Assembly: GCA_965202585.1 (NCBI GenBank)
Contig: OZ241832.1
Span: 65,534,001 to 65,598,000 of the forward strand
Length of the DNA stretch: 64,000 nucleotides
Reading direction: 5' to 3'
From: Thalia democratica
Taxonomy: Eukaryota
In this document: in pieces, positions 13,960 to 26,019 of the stretch
Layout of the letters: the number at the start of each line of letters is the position of its first letter
Numbering within the stretch: the stretch's first letter is position 1
The notes under the pieces: generated by a model
The model's input: the letters and a program-made list of their open reading frames with translations, nothing else
The model's database searches: none
Told to the model about the DNA's origin: nothing
Translations under genes and position numbers: made by a program

Positions 13960-14780
13960 TTTATGCAACATTACCGCTTATAAATGCGAGCAAAAACAAG
14001 TTTATTTGAGAAAACAGGAACAAGCTTTAATTCAACTACTTTTCACCCAGTAAAATTAGTTTGTATTGCTTTTTTAGATAAATGTAAAATTATCGCTTAT
14101 ATTCCCGGTTTTAAATAACGATTTTCCAAAGATGAACAAAATAGTTGTTCTAAATTCGCTTTCAGTACTTATACTATAAGTTATGTTGTAAAACAAAACT
14201 TTTTAGTACTAAATTCATTCTGTAAGAATTATTTACTCATTAAATATGTTTCAAAACCAAAAATAAAACAGTTTTTTTTTTAATTTCCGGTCAAACGTTA
14301 TTGTATGATTACTTATACGAGTAAACATTAAGATCCAATATTTATATTTTGTGTAACATTACCGCTTAGAAATGCGAGCAAAAACAAGTTTATTTGAGAA
14401 AACAGGAACAAGCTTTAGTTCAACTACTTTCACCCAGTAAAATTAGTTTGTATTGCTTTTTTAGATAAATGTAAAATTATCGCTTATATTCCCGGTTTTA
14501 AACTACGATTTTCCAAAGATGAACAAAATAGTTGTTGTAAAATAGCTTTTAGTACTTAAACTGTAAGTTAAATTGTAAAACAAAACTTTTTAGTACTAAA
14601 TTCATTCTGTAAGAATTATTTACTCATTAGATATGTTTCAAAACCAAAAAAAAAACAGTTTTTTTTTTAGTGTCCGATCAAACATTATTGTATGATTACT
14701 TATACGAGTAAACATTAAGATCCAATATTTATATTTTGTGTAACATTACCGCTTAGAAATGCGAGCAAAAACAAGATTTT
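13960..14780 (+). repeat. Tandem duplication, ~388-bp period, ~2.1 copies
   Basis: TTACCGCTTA...GCGAGCAAAAACAAG recurs at 13971, 14359 and 14746. Each unit also has ATCGCTTATATTCCCGGTT (14092, 14479). Confidence 0.9.
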
Positions 14781-14843
14781 ATTTCAACTACTGATCACCT
14801 ATTAAAAATCATTTGCATCGCTTTTTTAAATAATTATGAAGTT

Positions 14844-15057
14844 ACCGCTTATATTTGCGGTTTTAATTGGTTTATGAATATGCAAAAGATTTTGTAAACA
14901 CCGTTACAATTTTATAATTGCTTTCAGTATTTATATCATCACGTGATGCTGTAATTTGTTGTGTGACGTAAGCAGGTTTCTATAAAAAGTATTCTTGACA
15001 AAATTGCGACAGAATTGACTATAAAGTAGTAATTCTTACATTTATTGTAAAATATCG
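14844..15057 (+). promoter_or_regulatory. Multi-box cassette copy
   Basis: ACCGCTTATATTTGCGGT 14844; TGACGTAA 14964; TTGCGACA 15004; TATAAAG 15020; ATATCG 15052. Confidence 0.6.
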
Positions 15058-15885
15058 TTTAACTCTGTGTTTTAGTTTAATTTATTTAAACTTCTGCTTT
15101 TTTGTAAAATTCAATAAGATTTATATTATTTGTGTAATGTTTTATGATTTATCGTTGACTCTACAATATACCTATAAAAATTTTTACTTTTTAATAAAGT
15201 TCTAGCCATTATAAAAAAATTTAAAAAAAATCTCAACAATACTACTATAACACAAATAAAAACAGAAAAAAAAGAAACTAGTAAAATTTCTTGCTTATGT
15301 TCATAACACGGAACCAATTAATTATATAATAAAAGTATGAGGATTTAAAATTCACATAAAAATTAAGCACATAAATTTATCTATTAATAAATTGTAAATA
15401 TGTTCTAATTAAGTTTTATTAACATAGTTTACTTTATTATTAAATTTAATTTGCTGACCTATACTAAATTTAAAATTAATCGACTGTAACAGTTTATTAA
15501 GCTACTAAAAATTAAACATATAAATTCTATATTTCAAAAATATTTACAATAAATCGTAAAAAAGTTTTTATTAAGTTTTATTCTAATACTTTAATTTATT
15601 TTAAAACTTTGCGGTGAACTATGAAAATTTTCAAAAATCAAAACTTTGAGAAAAATAAGTTTTAAGCAGTTTTTTTTGGCAGTTACAACCTTTTAGTTGT
15701 GTTTAAAAAAAACGATCTAAAATAAAAGACTACTAATAATAAAATAATACTAACAGAACTAGTTACTTATCAAATTTGTATAAAAAGAAAAATTCCTAAT
15801 TGCTAACCATTTGCAGATCACAATTAAGCATCAAGCAGATTTTTTTTTACAAATTTAATTTATTTAAAAATTTATTTTGATAATT

Positions 15886-16128
15886 ACCGCTTATGCTTGC
15901 GGTTTTAAATAGATTTTTAGGTTGAACGATATCTTACAACACTGTTGCAAATAGAAAGTTGCTTTTAGTATTTATAATTTAACGCGATGCTGTAGATTGC
16001 TGGTGACGTCAGAGAAACAAAAGTTTTAGAAAATTTAAATTTTTATACAATTTGCGACAGATTTGATCATAAAATAGTAGTTGTTACTTTTTCCAGTAAA
16101 AAATGTTTGAATATGTTTGAATATGTCG
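15886..16128 (+). promoter_or_regulatory. Multi-box cassette copy
   Basis: ACCGCTTATGCTTGCGGT 15886; TGACGTCA 16004; TTGCGACA 16052; CATAAAA 16068; ATGTCG 16123. Confidence 0.6.
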
Positions 16129-17879
16129 TCGTATTATATAGTTAACAAAATTAGTCTAATTTTCCTAAAATGGTAAAATATTACATGAATTATACTAATT
16201 TTTATTATTAAAAGTGTCTGAAAGCAAAGCTTAAAAATAAGACTTAAATATAAATCTACATAAAGCCTTTTTTAAATTATTGAAATTAAGTTCAAATAAA
16301 AAAATATAATAAATATTTAATTCAAAACATATATTGAAAGTTTTATTTTATAGCAGGCACGTGGCTTGGTACGTTTCTACTTATACTTATATGATGCGAA
16401 AAAACTTGCTTTTTTTTCAGCTTAAAAAGAATCTGCTTTCTTAGCTTTAAGTACTCATTTAAACTTAGTTATGCACTCCTGAGAGATAATTTCGACATGT
16501 ATGTGCTCTCTAGCACAGTACAGTAAAGATTAAACGAATTAAATACATCCAAATTGTAACATTTAGCGTGTTAAAGCTTTTATTTGTCAAACAAATGCAT
16601 TGCAAAATTGATGCTAATGGAAGCTGTAGCTTCAAAAATCAAAATCATACAATTTTATGTTACAAAAATTTGCATAACTTGTTGTTACTATTGACTACGT
16701 TAAATGTATGATTTTGAATACAATATAAATGTTATTTGTTATGCAATGAGTTAAATTTTGATTTTTTTATACTTATTTAAATGAATGTTTTCTGGGTTTA
16801 CACAAGTGGCAACACATAAAGAGTCATAGTGGGTGTGGAGAAAAATAAATTGTATTGTATACAGTTATCACTCGTACTTCAACATTTCATTTTTGATGTA
16901 TTAACATAACTGCATAGTTTCAGATTAAATTCAATAACATTGGAGGTAGTCTGAGTTACTGGTTCCCGCTAGGACGTTATCTGCCGTCATTTCAGATGTT
17001 TTAATTTTTGTAGATTCTTTTTGAGGTAGCTAGTTATGTTTTATAGTATTTAAAACTTAAAAAAGAAATTAAGAATTAGTTAACATAACGACTTTGATTC
17101 AAAAATCTAATCATAAAATTCTATTAAAAAATAGTCTCGGAAAAAAACAACAACTAAAACTTAATAAAAGAACATTATTTTTAGTTGAACAAAAGTAAAA
17201 CTCGACAGTAAATACATTACATAGATTTATAATATTAAAAAACATTTAAAACAGCTTTATTATATTCAAAAAAAAAACTAGTATATTTTTGACTTTTACA
17301 TAAACATTTAATTTCATATCAAAAACATCAGTGTTGCAAAATTAAGACTACTAAAACGTAAAAAAACTCACTTTTACTAGTAGACATAAAGTAAAACTCA
17401 TCATCTGTATAACTTGTGATTTAAGTTGTTGGCATAACAAAATAAATTGTTTAATCGCTTTCTAAATATATGGTTTTTAAAGAACGGTTGATTTATTTGA
17501 GAATATTGCCAACTATTTTCTTTTTAGTTATGTCTGCAATTAATTCTTATATTTGTACTCAGCTGCCTAAAACTAAACTACATAAAAAATCAATGCTTTT
17601 AAAATACCAAACCTAAAACTCAGTTTAAAAAATTAAGTATTTTAGTAAGTTGTGTCTTACGAAATAAATAAAATGACTCAGTTCTTTCTTTTTCAATATA
17701 TTTACATCAATTTTCGTCAGGGAAAAACAATTGAAACAATAAACTAGGATAAAACACAACCAATATATATTAAAAAAATGTACTAATTAATCAATCAACT
17801 TCATGCAAGCGTAATAAAAATAAGTAAAATTTAAAATTAAACAAAATGGCTTTTAACTAAATAAGGCAAAAGTGTAATC

Positions 17880-18210
17880 AAATTTTTAATTTTACATAAT
17901 TTAGGTTTATTTTAATAATGGCTTGTAGTCTTATTAATTTAAAGTATTTGAATGTTGTCGCATCGCATAATACTTAATTTTGAAATCTCAAAATTGTTTC
18001 CACAACAAGCATTAATTACTAAATGTTCTTATAGCTGATTTTTTCATCGCATTATTGACTGCTACGCTCATTTTATCTTTTTTGTAACTGATTTGCGATA
18101 TAATACATTTTGGAACATGCTCTTTTATTCTTGTTTTTAGGTGACGGAAAGTTTGTCCAATATAGCTACTTTCACAGTAGCACTTAAACTTTGTATTCTA
18201 TAAGTTTTCT
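17880..18210 (-). mobile_element. Penelope-like GIY-YIG endonuclease remnant
   Basis: Minus strand reads FKCYCESSYIGQTFRHLKTRIKEHVPKC. Confidence 0.8.
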
Positions 18211-18965
18211 TCGTGCTTTAAAAAGATCAAGTAGAAAAATTATTAAATTTGTTCATTAAATCTTATGTTTTATTTAAATTTATATTAATTTGTTTATTGA
18301 ACTACAAAAAAGTGCTCAAAACATTTGATCTTAAAGCCTAGTGTACAAAGGAACCTATCGGTTATCGGATACACTACTTAGATAACGTGATCGTTCAGGA
18401 CATTGTTCAAAAATATTAAAATTGTTTACAGCTTAAGTAGTTTCGACATAACTTTTATAAGATCCTTACTAAGCAAAAATCTAATGCAATTACCAAAAAT
18501 TACTAAACTTTGAATGTAAAAAACGTACAGTTTATGTTAAATTTCAAATTGAGATTTTTCTTTTAATTTGTAAATCGCTAAAAAATTGTTTAAACAATAA
18601 ATATATGAACTAAACTTTGTTACTTGATAGAAATGTTACTTTAGCTTTAAGTATATCTTATAGGTTTAATTTTTAATTTATTAAAATCTACTGGCTATAA
18701 CTATGTAAACTTTCTAAAACTGTATTTTTATACCAATCGATTTTCTTATTTAAAAGAAATTTATTTGAATAAGTTTTAAAAACAATGTTTTATGTTCAAA
18801 CTTTAATTTAACTAACTTAATTTTTAGTTTAATTTAACAAACTTTGTTATATTTTATTGATTAAATACTTTTTTTTTAACAAACTACCAACAAGAAAATA
18901 AAAACCACACAACAACCTTACAATGAGTTTTGTTCGGTCGGAGCTAATAAAATAATTTTATGTAA

Positions 18966-19140
18966 ACCGCTTATGTTCGCGGCTTTAAAAAACACTTCAA
19001 TTCCGTATCTATTTAAAAATTGTATTAACAAAAACGTTATCTGTATTTATAATATTTGTGAAGTGATCTACTGTGTTGTGACGTCAGCAATAAAGAGAGA
19101 AAAATCATCAGCGTTACGGTTGAATGATTAGCGATAGAAA
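18966..19140 (+). promoter_or_regulatory. Multi-box cassette copy
   Basis: ACCGCTTATGTTCGCGGC 18966; GTGAAGTGATCTACTGTGTTG then TGACGTCA 19079; TAGCGATA variant at ~19129. Confidence 0.55.
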
Positions 19141-19539
19141 TTACTCTTATTAGATAATCTGTTACTAGTTCTCATATTGCTTAAATAAGTAGCATATTTC
19201 TAACTTTTTTTTTAATAGTCATAAAAGTTTTATATGATTCATTTTCATTACGTTTAACTTTCTCTTTATTTAAATCATAACTGTAAATAAATAACAATTG
19301 TAAAGCTTTTTAAGCTTTTGTTTAAGTATTATATCAGTATATTTAAACACAAAGTTGCTAAAGTGGTTATGCTGCTTTTTTGTTTTCATAAATAGTTTTA
19401 TAAAATTTTACGTATGTTTTAATTAATTTTAGTTTCAATTTAATTAAAACAACTTATGTTTTGTTAACTACCTTTTGCTCATTATTATTACTTTAACAAT
19501 GATAATTTTTTTATTATATAAGCTGGATTTTATACTTTA

Positions 19540-20520
19540 TGTTTTAGTTAGTAAACAGCCTTAAGAGTTAAGCACGAAATATATTTTATTATAAAAATTT
19601 GAGTTATGTGTACCTTTGAAATTAATTATTTTAAAACTAGATATCTCATATTTCCTAGCACAACCTTTATTGTTTATCAAATATTCTGCAATTGAAGATC
19701 TTGTAGCTGCGTTTTTGGTTGCTGTTGTCTTGATTTCAGATTCTTCTTCTGTAAATTTCAACACGAACGTAAGTAAACTTTTCTTGATACTCGTTTCGAA
19801 AATCTTCGAAGTTTGTCCAGTATAGCTTGTTTTTTTTTTTAGAAGCAATTAAATTTGTATACAACACAACTTTTGTTTAAATCTGGTATCAAATCCTACA
19901 ACTGCACTTTTAATACTGTTTTTGAGACAAATAAAATTCTTGAATTAACTTGATTGTTAAATTTTTTTTGTTAAATTGTTTACTTTATACTCAAGCACAC
20001 GTGGTGTTTCTCCAATATATGGTAATTTCAAAACTACTGGTAACTTCTCTAGTCCGTATATCTTAGGTTTGTCTAAGTTATTTGCATGTGATCTTATGAT
20101 CCTCTTAATCACATCTGGTGTGTATCCATTTTTTAATAGAGTGTCTTTTATTCTCTTCACCTCATAATGAAAGAGTTCTATTGAACAGATTTGTAGGCTA
20201 TCAAGGTATAGTTTCTTTTGTTAACTTTACTTTTGGCTTCTTACTTCAAAAATATTGGTAGTGTAAGTACTAACCAGTTAAAGTTGTTTTCCGTAGGAAC
20301 TAACACTGACAATCGTTAGGAATTTTGTTTCATCTTTAATATCTTCAATAGATCTAAAGTGGCCGTTAGTTGCTTTCTTCTACTTCTATAGTGAAAGTTA
20401 TCTCTTCATGTAAAGAATTATTTATTTTATGGAAAATAATTGTTTTATACTCATTATTGCATATAACTAAAAAATCATCGATGTATCTAATGTACACAAC
20501 CTGTGACGACAGCAATTTTA
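19540..20520 (-). mobile_element. Penelope-like element remnant (RT C-half, linker, GIY-YIG)
   Basis: Minus strand reads VVYIRYIDDFLVI (RT catalytic motif), LLKNGYTPDVIKRII...LKLPYIG (PLE linker) and SYTGQTSKIFET (endonuclease), with frameshifts. Confidence 0.85.
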
Positions 20521-22585
20521 GGTTCTAAAGGCTATCTCTATATTTTTAAACAAACCAGAACTGTTCAAACAAAAAGAATTTGATTACAGAGTGTAATTAT
20601 TAACTTAAATTAGCCATTTTGTTTCCTTTAATAATATTTTAGTTTAATGGTTATTAACATTGATTATTTATTGCGCTTATTAATCACTTTGTTCGTTTTA
20701 ACTCTTTTTTGTGTTTAGTGAAAAAGTATTCATAATTCTATGCTCTGTTATACTGCGAGTTTTTGAAGAAAAGAAGAGAAATACGTGTTTAACTGTTACA
20801 AAAAAGATTAGAGAGTGTTACATATTTGTTATATATCTAATTAAAAGAAAATAACGTTCTAGCTGTTTATTATATAAAGCTGCCGAAGTATAAATAGAAT
20901 ATTGAAATATAAATATAGGTAAAATAGAATATTTAAAACAATATGAATTTAAAAACATTTGTACAATCTTATATGAGTAGTCATTTTACTTAAATTACAT
21001 ATAAGGAATAAATCAAGTTTGGTGTTTAATTGATTTTATACATCTAAAACAGCAAAATTAATGTTGTCACTTTCAATAAATAAATGTACTAAAATCTTTA
21101 ATTATTAAAATTAGGTTAATTAAAGTTGAAGCGCTTTAGTCAATATTCTTCCAGTTTAACTATAAAAAAATAGTTTTAAAAGAAGAGCTTTTTATTTAAA
21201 GGAATATTAATGTAGAAAAAAAGAATTAAAATTTTAATTATTTTTCTAGGGTACTGTGTTGATTAGTTTTTTTTATTGTTGAGAATGAAGAAAGTTTAAA
21301 ACATAGAAAGGTATGCTATGCGACCATAACTTCACTAACTTTAATTTTTTTTTCTTTTGTAAAAAGGTTATAAAAGTAGAAATTAATAGCCTAACAGTTG
21401 TAAAGTATTGAGTTATATTGTTTTAACTTGTACTACTTAGTTCTTAAAGGTTATGTCAAATTTTTATCTAGTTTTCTATATTGTAAAAACTTTAAAGTTT
21501 CTATTTAGAGTTAGTTTAGACTTTGTTTATCTTTAAATGTTATTAAGTTGTAGAATTTAAATGTTTATCAAATGTTTTACAATAAATGATTAGTGTGCCT
21601 TAAAGTTATTTTAAAGGTATGATGTCATTTTTAAACATATAATCAATTAAGTAGTAATAAAAATTAGCGTAACCATTTTTAATACTAATAAAAATTAGCA
21701 TCTGTTGAGTTATCTTGGCAAAATATATTTTAGATTAAATAGTACTTACGAAACACGTAAAAACTATATACTTATATGTTATAGCTTTTTGATTAAACAA
21801 AACTTGCTTTCATAAAATAATAAGGAATAACTAAAACTAGATGTTATTAGAAACTGAGGTTAGCAACAATTACATAATTGTAAGTTATTAACTTATATTT
21901 TAAGTTGCAACTATTCATCTGTTTCAATATTACTTTTAATATCAGTAGCTGAATAAAACTAAACTACAGACTAGTAAACTAATTTTCAAAATATAAAATT
22001 TTGATCATTACAGATAAACAAACAAATACAAAGGCAGTGATTTTAGTTCAACGTTTTTTTTTTCTTTTTCATTAAAACATGTGATTTACTAAAAGCATAA
22101 AACAAACCGTATTAAAACACTTGATAAGTTTGTAAATTTAAAGAAGTTAAATATACTCTATCAGAATCTTACTACTTAAAATCAACTTAGATTCGAAGTA
22201 ACTTATAATTTGTTAAAAATGAATTTTAACAAATGTAAATAGATAACATTAAACTTGTACTATGTAAATAAACTTTTAGTTTCAAAAGTATATATAAAAT
22301 ACAAACATAATTTGAATAAATGTTTAATTTTTTACCTTTTTTTTTCAACCAAGATACTCCCAAACTTGTTTTCATAAATGCCTACTTGGCGGAAATAAAA
22401 ACTATAGTCTGCCCATTATTAGATTTTACACTTTTACTTTTTTACCGCCTTACTAGTTATTGCTCCCTGCCTTTTGAAGAATTTCAACAAGGAGTAATTT
22501 GGCCACATTAGGAAACCCTCGTTTAACTTCTGCACAAATATTGCAATTTACAATATCTTGAAGTTTTACTTTTAATATAAAAGTC

Positions 22586-22795
22586 TGGTGTTATTTGCTC
22601 TCTTCTTTTGCCACAGGTTTCCTTGTTCATAAAGTACTGATTTACATGCGTTTTTTATTAGACCTAAATCTTCAGTAGGTACGCTAGTAAAAATACCAGC
22701 AAATTTTAGTGATTTTGTTACCAATTCTTCGCTGATAGAAGGATAAAAATCGACTACATCAAACTTAAAAAAGCTGTACGTTTGTTTTGGGCAAA
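22586..22795 (-). mobile_element. Inverted 5' segment of the PLE at 22796-24290
   Basis: Minus strand reads YSFFKFDVVDFYPSISEELV...KSVLYEQGNLWQKKRANNT, the RT region directly upstream of the plus-strand ORF. About 35 bp (22586-22620) is the exact reverse complement of 22796-22830. Confidence 0.9.
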
Positions 22796-24030
22796 AACCT
22801 GTGGCAAAAGAAGAGAGCAAATAACACCAGCTCTCTTTTTGATGTAGCGCAGGGATCGTTTATGAATGCAGAGTTATGTGAATTAGTAGGTCTTTTTTTG
22901 TTAGATGGGTTGAAGAATATCTTTGGTTTAGAAAGAGTTGGGTTGTACAGGGACGATGGTCTAGCTGTACTGCCCAATTCTTCTGGCTTTATAGTTGAAA
23001 GGCTAAAAAAACAAACGCACGCCTTCTTCAAGTCTATGGGGTTAAGAGTCACTATTGAATCACCAATGTTGACGACTGACTACCTGGATGTGAAGCTCAA
23101 CTTGCATGATCTCTCCTATATGCCTTATAAAAAGAAAAACTCAAAAATTATGTATATAAATAAAAATTCTAGCCACCCAAAAAATGTTATAAACCAAATG
23201 CTAAAAATAATTAATAAACGTTTAAATAAAAGATCAAGCAACGAAGAAAACTTGTTAAAGACAAAACAAGATTACGAACTAATAATGAAAAAATGCGGTT
23301 ACAATGATAAACTTAATTTTGAAACAACGGAGCAAAAAAACAAAACGACCAATAAAAGTAAAAGAAAGCGAAATATAATTTGGTGTAATCCCCCATTCTG
23401 TACTTCAGTTAAAACAAACATCGGCAGAGAATTTATAAACCTAGTAAAAAAACATTTCAACAAAAATAACCCATTATCAAAGATATTTAACAAACATAGT
23501 ATGCGAATCAGTTATTCATGTATGGCGAATTCGGAGAGATTAATCAAGTCACATAATCAAAGGATTTTAAACAAAAGTAATTCAATCAAAAATCAGTGTA
23601 ATTGCGCCGGTGGCTGTAAATACAATTTGAAGGGGAGCAATTGCCGGTCAGAGAACATTATTTACAAGGCAACAGTTAACTCTGACCTTGAAAAGAAGTT
23701 CTACATCGGCCTATGCTCCACTCAATTCAGATTTCGGTATGCCAACCATAAAAAATCCTTTAAGGTGGTGTATACGAAAATGAAACTGAGCTTTCGAAGT
23801 ATGTTTGCGGCCTTAAGCGCAAAAACATTGATTTTAAATTAACTTGGGAGGTGATAAAAAGAGCACAGCCAATAGCAGATGGTAACAACCCTGTTTGTAG
23901 GCTGTGCTTAAAAGAATCAACAGCCGTTATGTATGCGTTAAAAAAGGAAGGTTGTTTAAATAAGCGAAGCGAATTTTTATCGTCTTGTCGACATATAAAA
24001 AAGCTTCTTTTAAAACACAACAAATTTTGA
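22796..24030 (+). pseudogene. Penelope-like element RT (C-half) plus GIY-YIG endonuclease, 5'-truncated, one frameshift near 23765
   Basis: QGSFMNAELCEL, GLYRDDGLAV (RT), CNC..C..LKGSNCRSENIIYKA..FYIGLCSTQFRFRYANH (GIY-YIG). The shifted frame gives YENETELSKY...WEVIKRA...CRLCLKE...LNKRSEFLSSCRH, ending at TGA 24028-24030. Confidence 0.92.
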
Positions 24031-24209
24031 AGCATTTTATAGTCAATTAACTGTTGTTTTCGTTAATTTTAGTTGTTTAATTAGTTAGAAGGTAGATCGA
24101 TTTTTGTACTGAATATTTGTAATGTACAATATTATGTCATACTGTTTTTTGTTTTTTTGCATAACTTTTGTATCTTTGTTTAGTACAGTGCTTTTTATTT
24201 TGAATTTAA

Positions 24210-24266
24210 CTGGCTGATGATCAAAGCTTTATGAAAAATTAAAGCTTTGTGAAACATATGTTCCAG
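24210..24266 (+). ncRNA. Type I minimal hammerhead ribozyme in the PLE 3' pseudo-LTR
   Basis: ctgg-CTGATGA-t-caaagcttt/aaagctttg-t-GAAA-catatg-TT-ccag. Stems I and II pair, stem III is palindromic, and the predicted cleavage triplet is GUU. Confidence 0.85.
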
Positions 24267-24411
24267 AATTTTTAAAATCGCCATTTGAATATATATATAT
24301 ATATATATATATATTGATTTAAGTTATTTAACTTCATAAATCAAATCTTTCACACGGAGCCCACCTTAAGGGCTTTTTTAATAAAAAGTTTTATTTCAAG
24401 ATATAAAACTT

Positions 24412-24450
24412 GAAGAACTAGAGTTTCGTGCTTATGCACTCATCAACTTC
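24412..24450 (-). ncRNA. Minimal hammerhead ribozyme, core variant
   Basis: Reverse complement: gaag-TTGATGA-gtgc-ataa-gcac-GAAA-ctctag-TT-cttc (C3 to U). Confidence 0.75.
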
Positions 24451-25080
24451 AAAACAAGTTCAAAAAAAAGCACAAAACAAAAACACACAAATGAAAGTTA
24501 AAAAATTTAGCATAAATAGATTATGACGTTATTTTGAAACTATCAAAAACCATGCAAAACGGCTTGTGCAAAAATTAATTTACCAATCGACAATAAACTG
24601 GCAAAAATTCATAAAACTTCAGTGAGTAACTATATTTTATGACAGATAATTGAAAGAGATAAAGGTAAAATTAAGATAAAAAGCTAAATAAAAATTGAAA
24701 TTTAAACTGTTATAAGATGAAACTAAAACTTGTTAAATTTTAAAAGCGATTTTTTTATATGTCTACAAGATGATACAAACTCGCTTCTTTTATTTAGGCA
24801 TCTCTTGTTTTTCAGTGTATATACAACGGATGTTGCTTCTTTGAGACACAGCCTACATATTGGGCTGTTGCCGTCAACTATAAGTTGTGCTCTTTTTATA
24901 ACTTCCCAGGATATTTCAAAGTAATTTTTGCCAGTTTATTGTCAATAGGTTAACTAATTTTTGCACAAGCCGTTATGCATGATTTCTGATGGTTTCAAAA
25001 TTACGTCATAATCAAATTGTGCTAAATTTTTTAACTTTCATTTAAGTGTTTTGTTTTATACTTTATTTTGAGCTTGTTTT

Positions 25081-25119
25081 GAAGCTGATGAGTTCATAAG
25101 AACAAAAGTCGAGTCCTTT
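25081..25119 (+). ncRNA. Minimal hammerhead ribozyme, probably inactive
   Basis: gaag-CTGATGA-gttc-ataa-gaac-AAAA-gtcgag-TC-cttt (G12 to A). Confidence 0.7.
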
Positions 25120-25246
25120 AAGTTTCACATTTTGAAATAAACCATTTTATTAATATATATATATATATATCAAACTTGAACACCTTCTACAGAGCTCACT
25201 TGAAGGGCTTTTAAATAGATTATTAGTAAAACACGATTTTAAAATA

Positions 25247-25292
25247 CTAGTACATATATTTCATAAAACTAAACGCTGTAATCATCAGCTAG
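25247..25292 (-). ncRNA. Minimal hammerhead ribozyme
   Basis: Reverse complement: ctag-CTGATGA-ttacagcgtttagttttat-GAAA-tatatg-TA-ctag. The core is intact and stem II is weakened. Confidence 0.75.
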
Positions 25293-25325
25293 TTGCGTTT
25301 TAAATGCTTGTAATTTTAAATGGAA

Positions 25326-25371
25326 TTAGCCGATGATTAAAGCGTTTAGCTTCATGAAACATACATACTAG
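25326..25371 (+). ncRNA. Degenerate hammerhead, inverted partner of 25247-25292
   Basis: ttag-CCGATGA-ttaaagcgtttagcttcat-GAAA-cataca-TA-ctag. Confidence 0.6.
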
Positions 25372-26019
25372 TATTTTAAAATCGTATTTTTTTAATAAAC
25401 TATATATATATATACTTTTGTCCATAATTTTTTTTTTGGACAGAAAAGCAAGTAGGCTGAAAAAATGTTTTTTCTAAGCTATTTTCGTCTATTTCTAAGG
25501 GAAATAAATATTATCATAACATAAAATTACTGTTCTTAAACTTTTATTTTTAACTAAGGCACTTGAAAAAGTGGTATTTCTTTTAATAACTACACATTTT
25601 TAATATTCTAGTGTGCATGGAATTTCTTTCCCAGTAATTTAGTGTGCAAATAAAAAGGCTGACGGCCTGTATTTTATACCATTAATATCAAAAACAGCTA
25701 AAAGCTTAATTTTGAAATTCTAAATTAAAGTTATAAATTAAGATCCTTTTGATCTCTTCACATTATTAAAAAAATCAAATCTTATTTCAAACTTTCACCT
25801 AAAAACTAGTCAACAAACAAGCATTCAGATGTACTGTTTTATTTATGAGTTTTTTTCACTAAATAAGCTTTAATATCCAGCAAAAGTTTCTGTAAACAAA
25901 CACATACTATCTGAATTACGATTTATTTAACTGTTGATGTAAAAATAAGTCAAAAGATTTTCAACTAGTACTTGTCACAAGTAAGTATTCGATTAAATTG
26001 TTAGTAATAATGTTAAGTT

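Larger units (their letters stand above)
24313..25152 (-). mobile_element. 5'-truncated sister-family PLE with an inverted pseudo-LTR
   Basis: 24730-24920 minus reads FEISWEVIKRAQLIVDGNSPICRLCLKEATS...LNKRSEFVSSCRH. 24371-24610 and 24925-25155 are diverged inverted copies of its 3' region. Both ends abut (TA)n. Confidence 0.85.

Noticed and set aside
14844-14861. ACCGC..GCGGT hairpin as a Helitron 3' terminator
   Set aside because: No CTRR end at the expected distance on either strand in any copy, and conserved boxes continue beyond it.
16921-17003. NNIGGSLSYWF after a 3' splice-like site, together with CNCQPPC at 53560, as DEG/ENaC pieces
   Set aside because: The similarity is only a few residues, the pieces are on opposite strands 36 kb apart, and no other channel motifs are present.
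17670-17725. Minus-strand CTGACGA...GAAA as a hammerhead 3' of the 17880 PLE
   Set aside because: Stems II and III do not pair convincingly.
22330-22560. CNICAEVK on the minus strand as a Gypsy integrase zinc finger
   Set aside because: No downstream integrase core motif in any frame.
22796-24030. Selenocysteine (UGA) recoding as in some PLE clades
   Set aside because: The Cys positions are TGT/TGC, and the ORF break is a frameshift, not an in-frame TGA.
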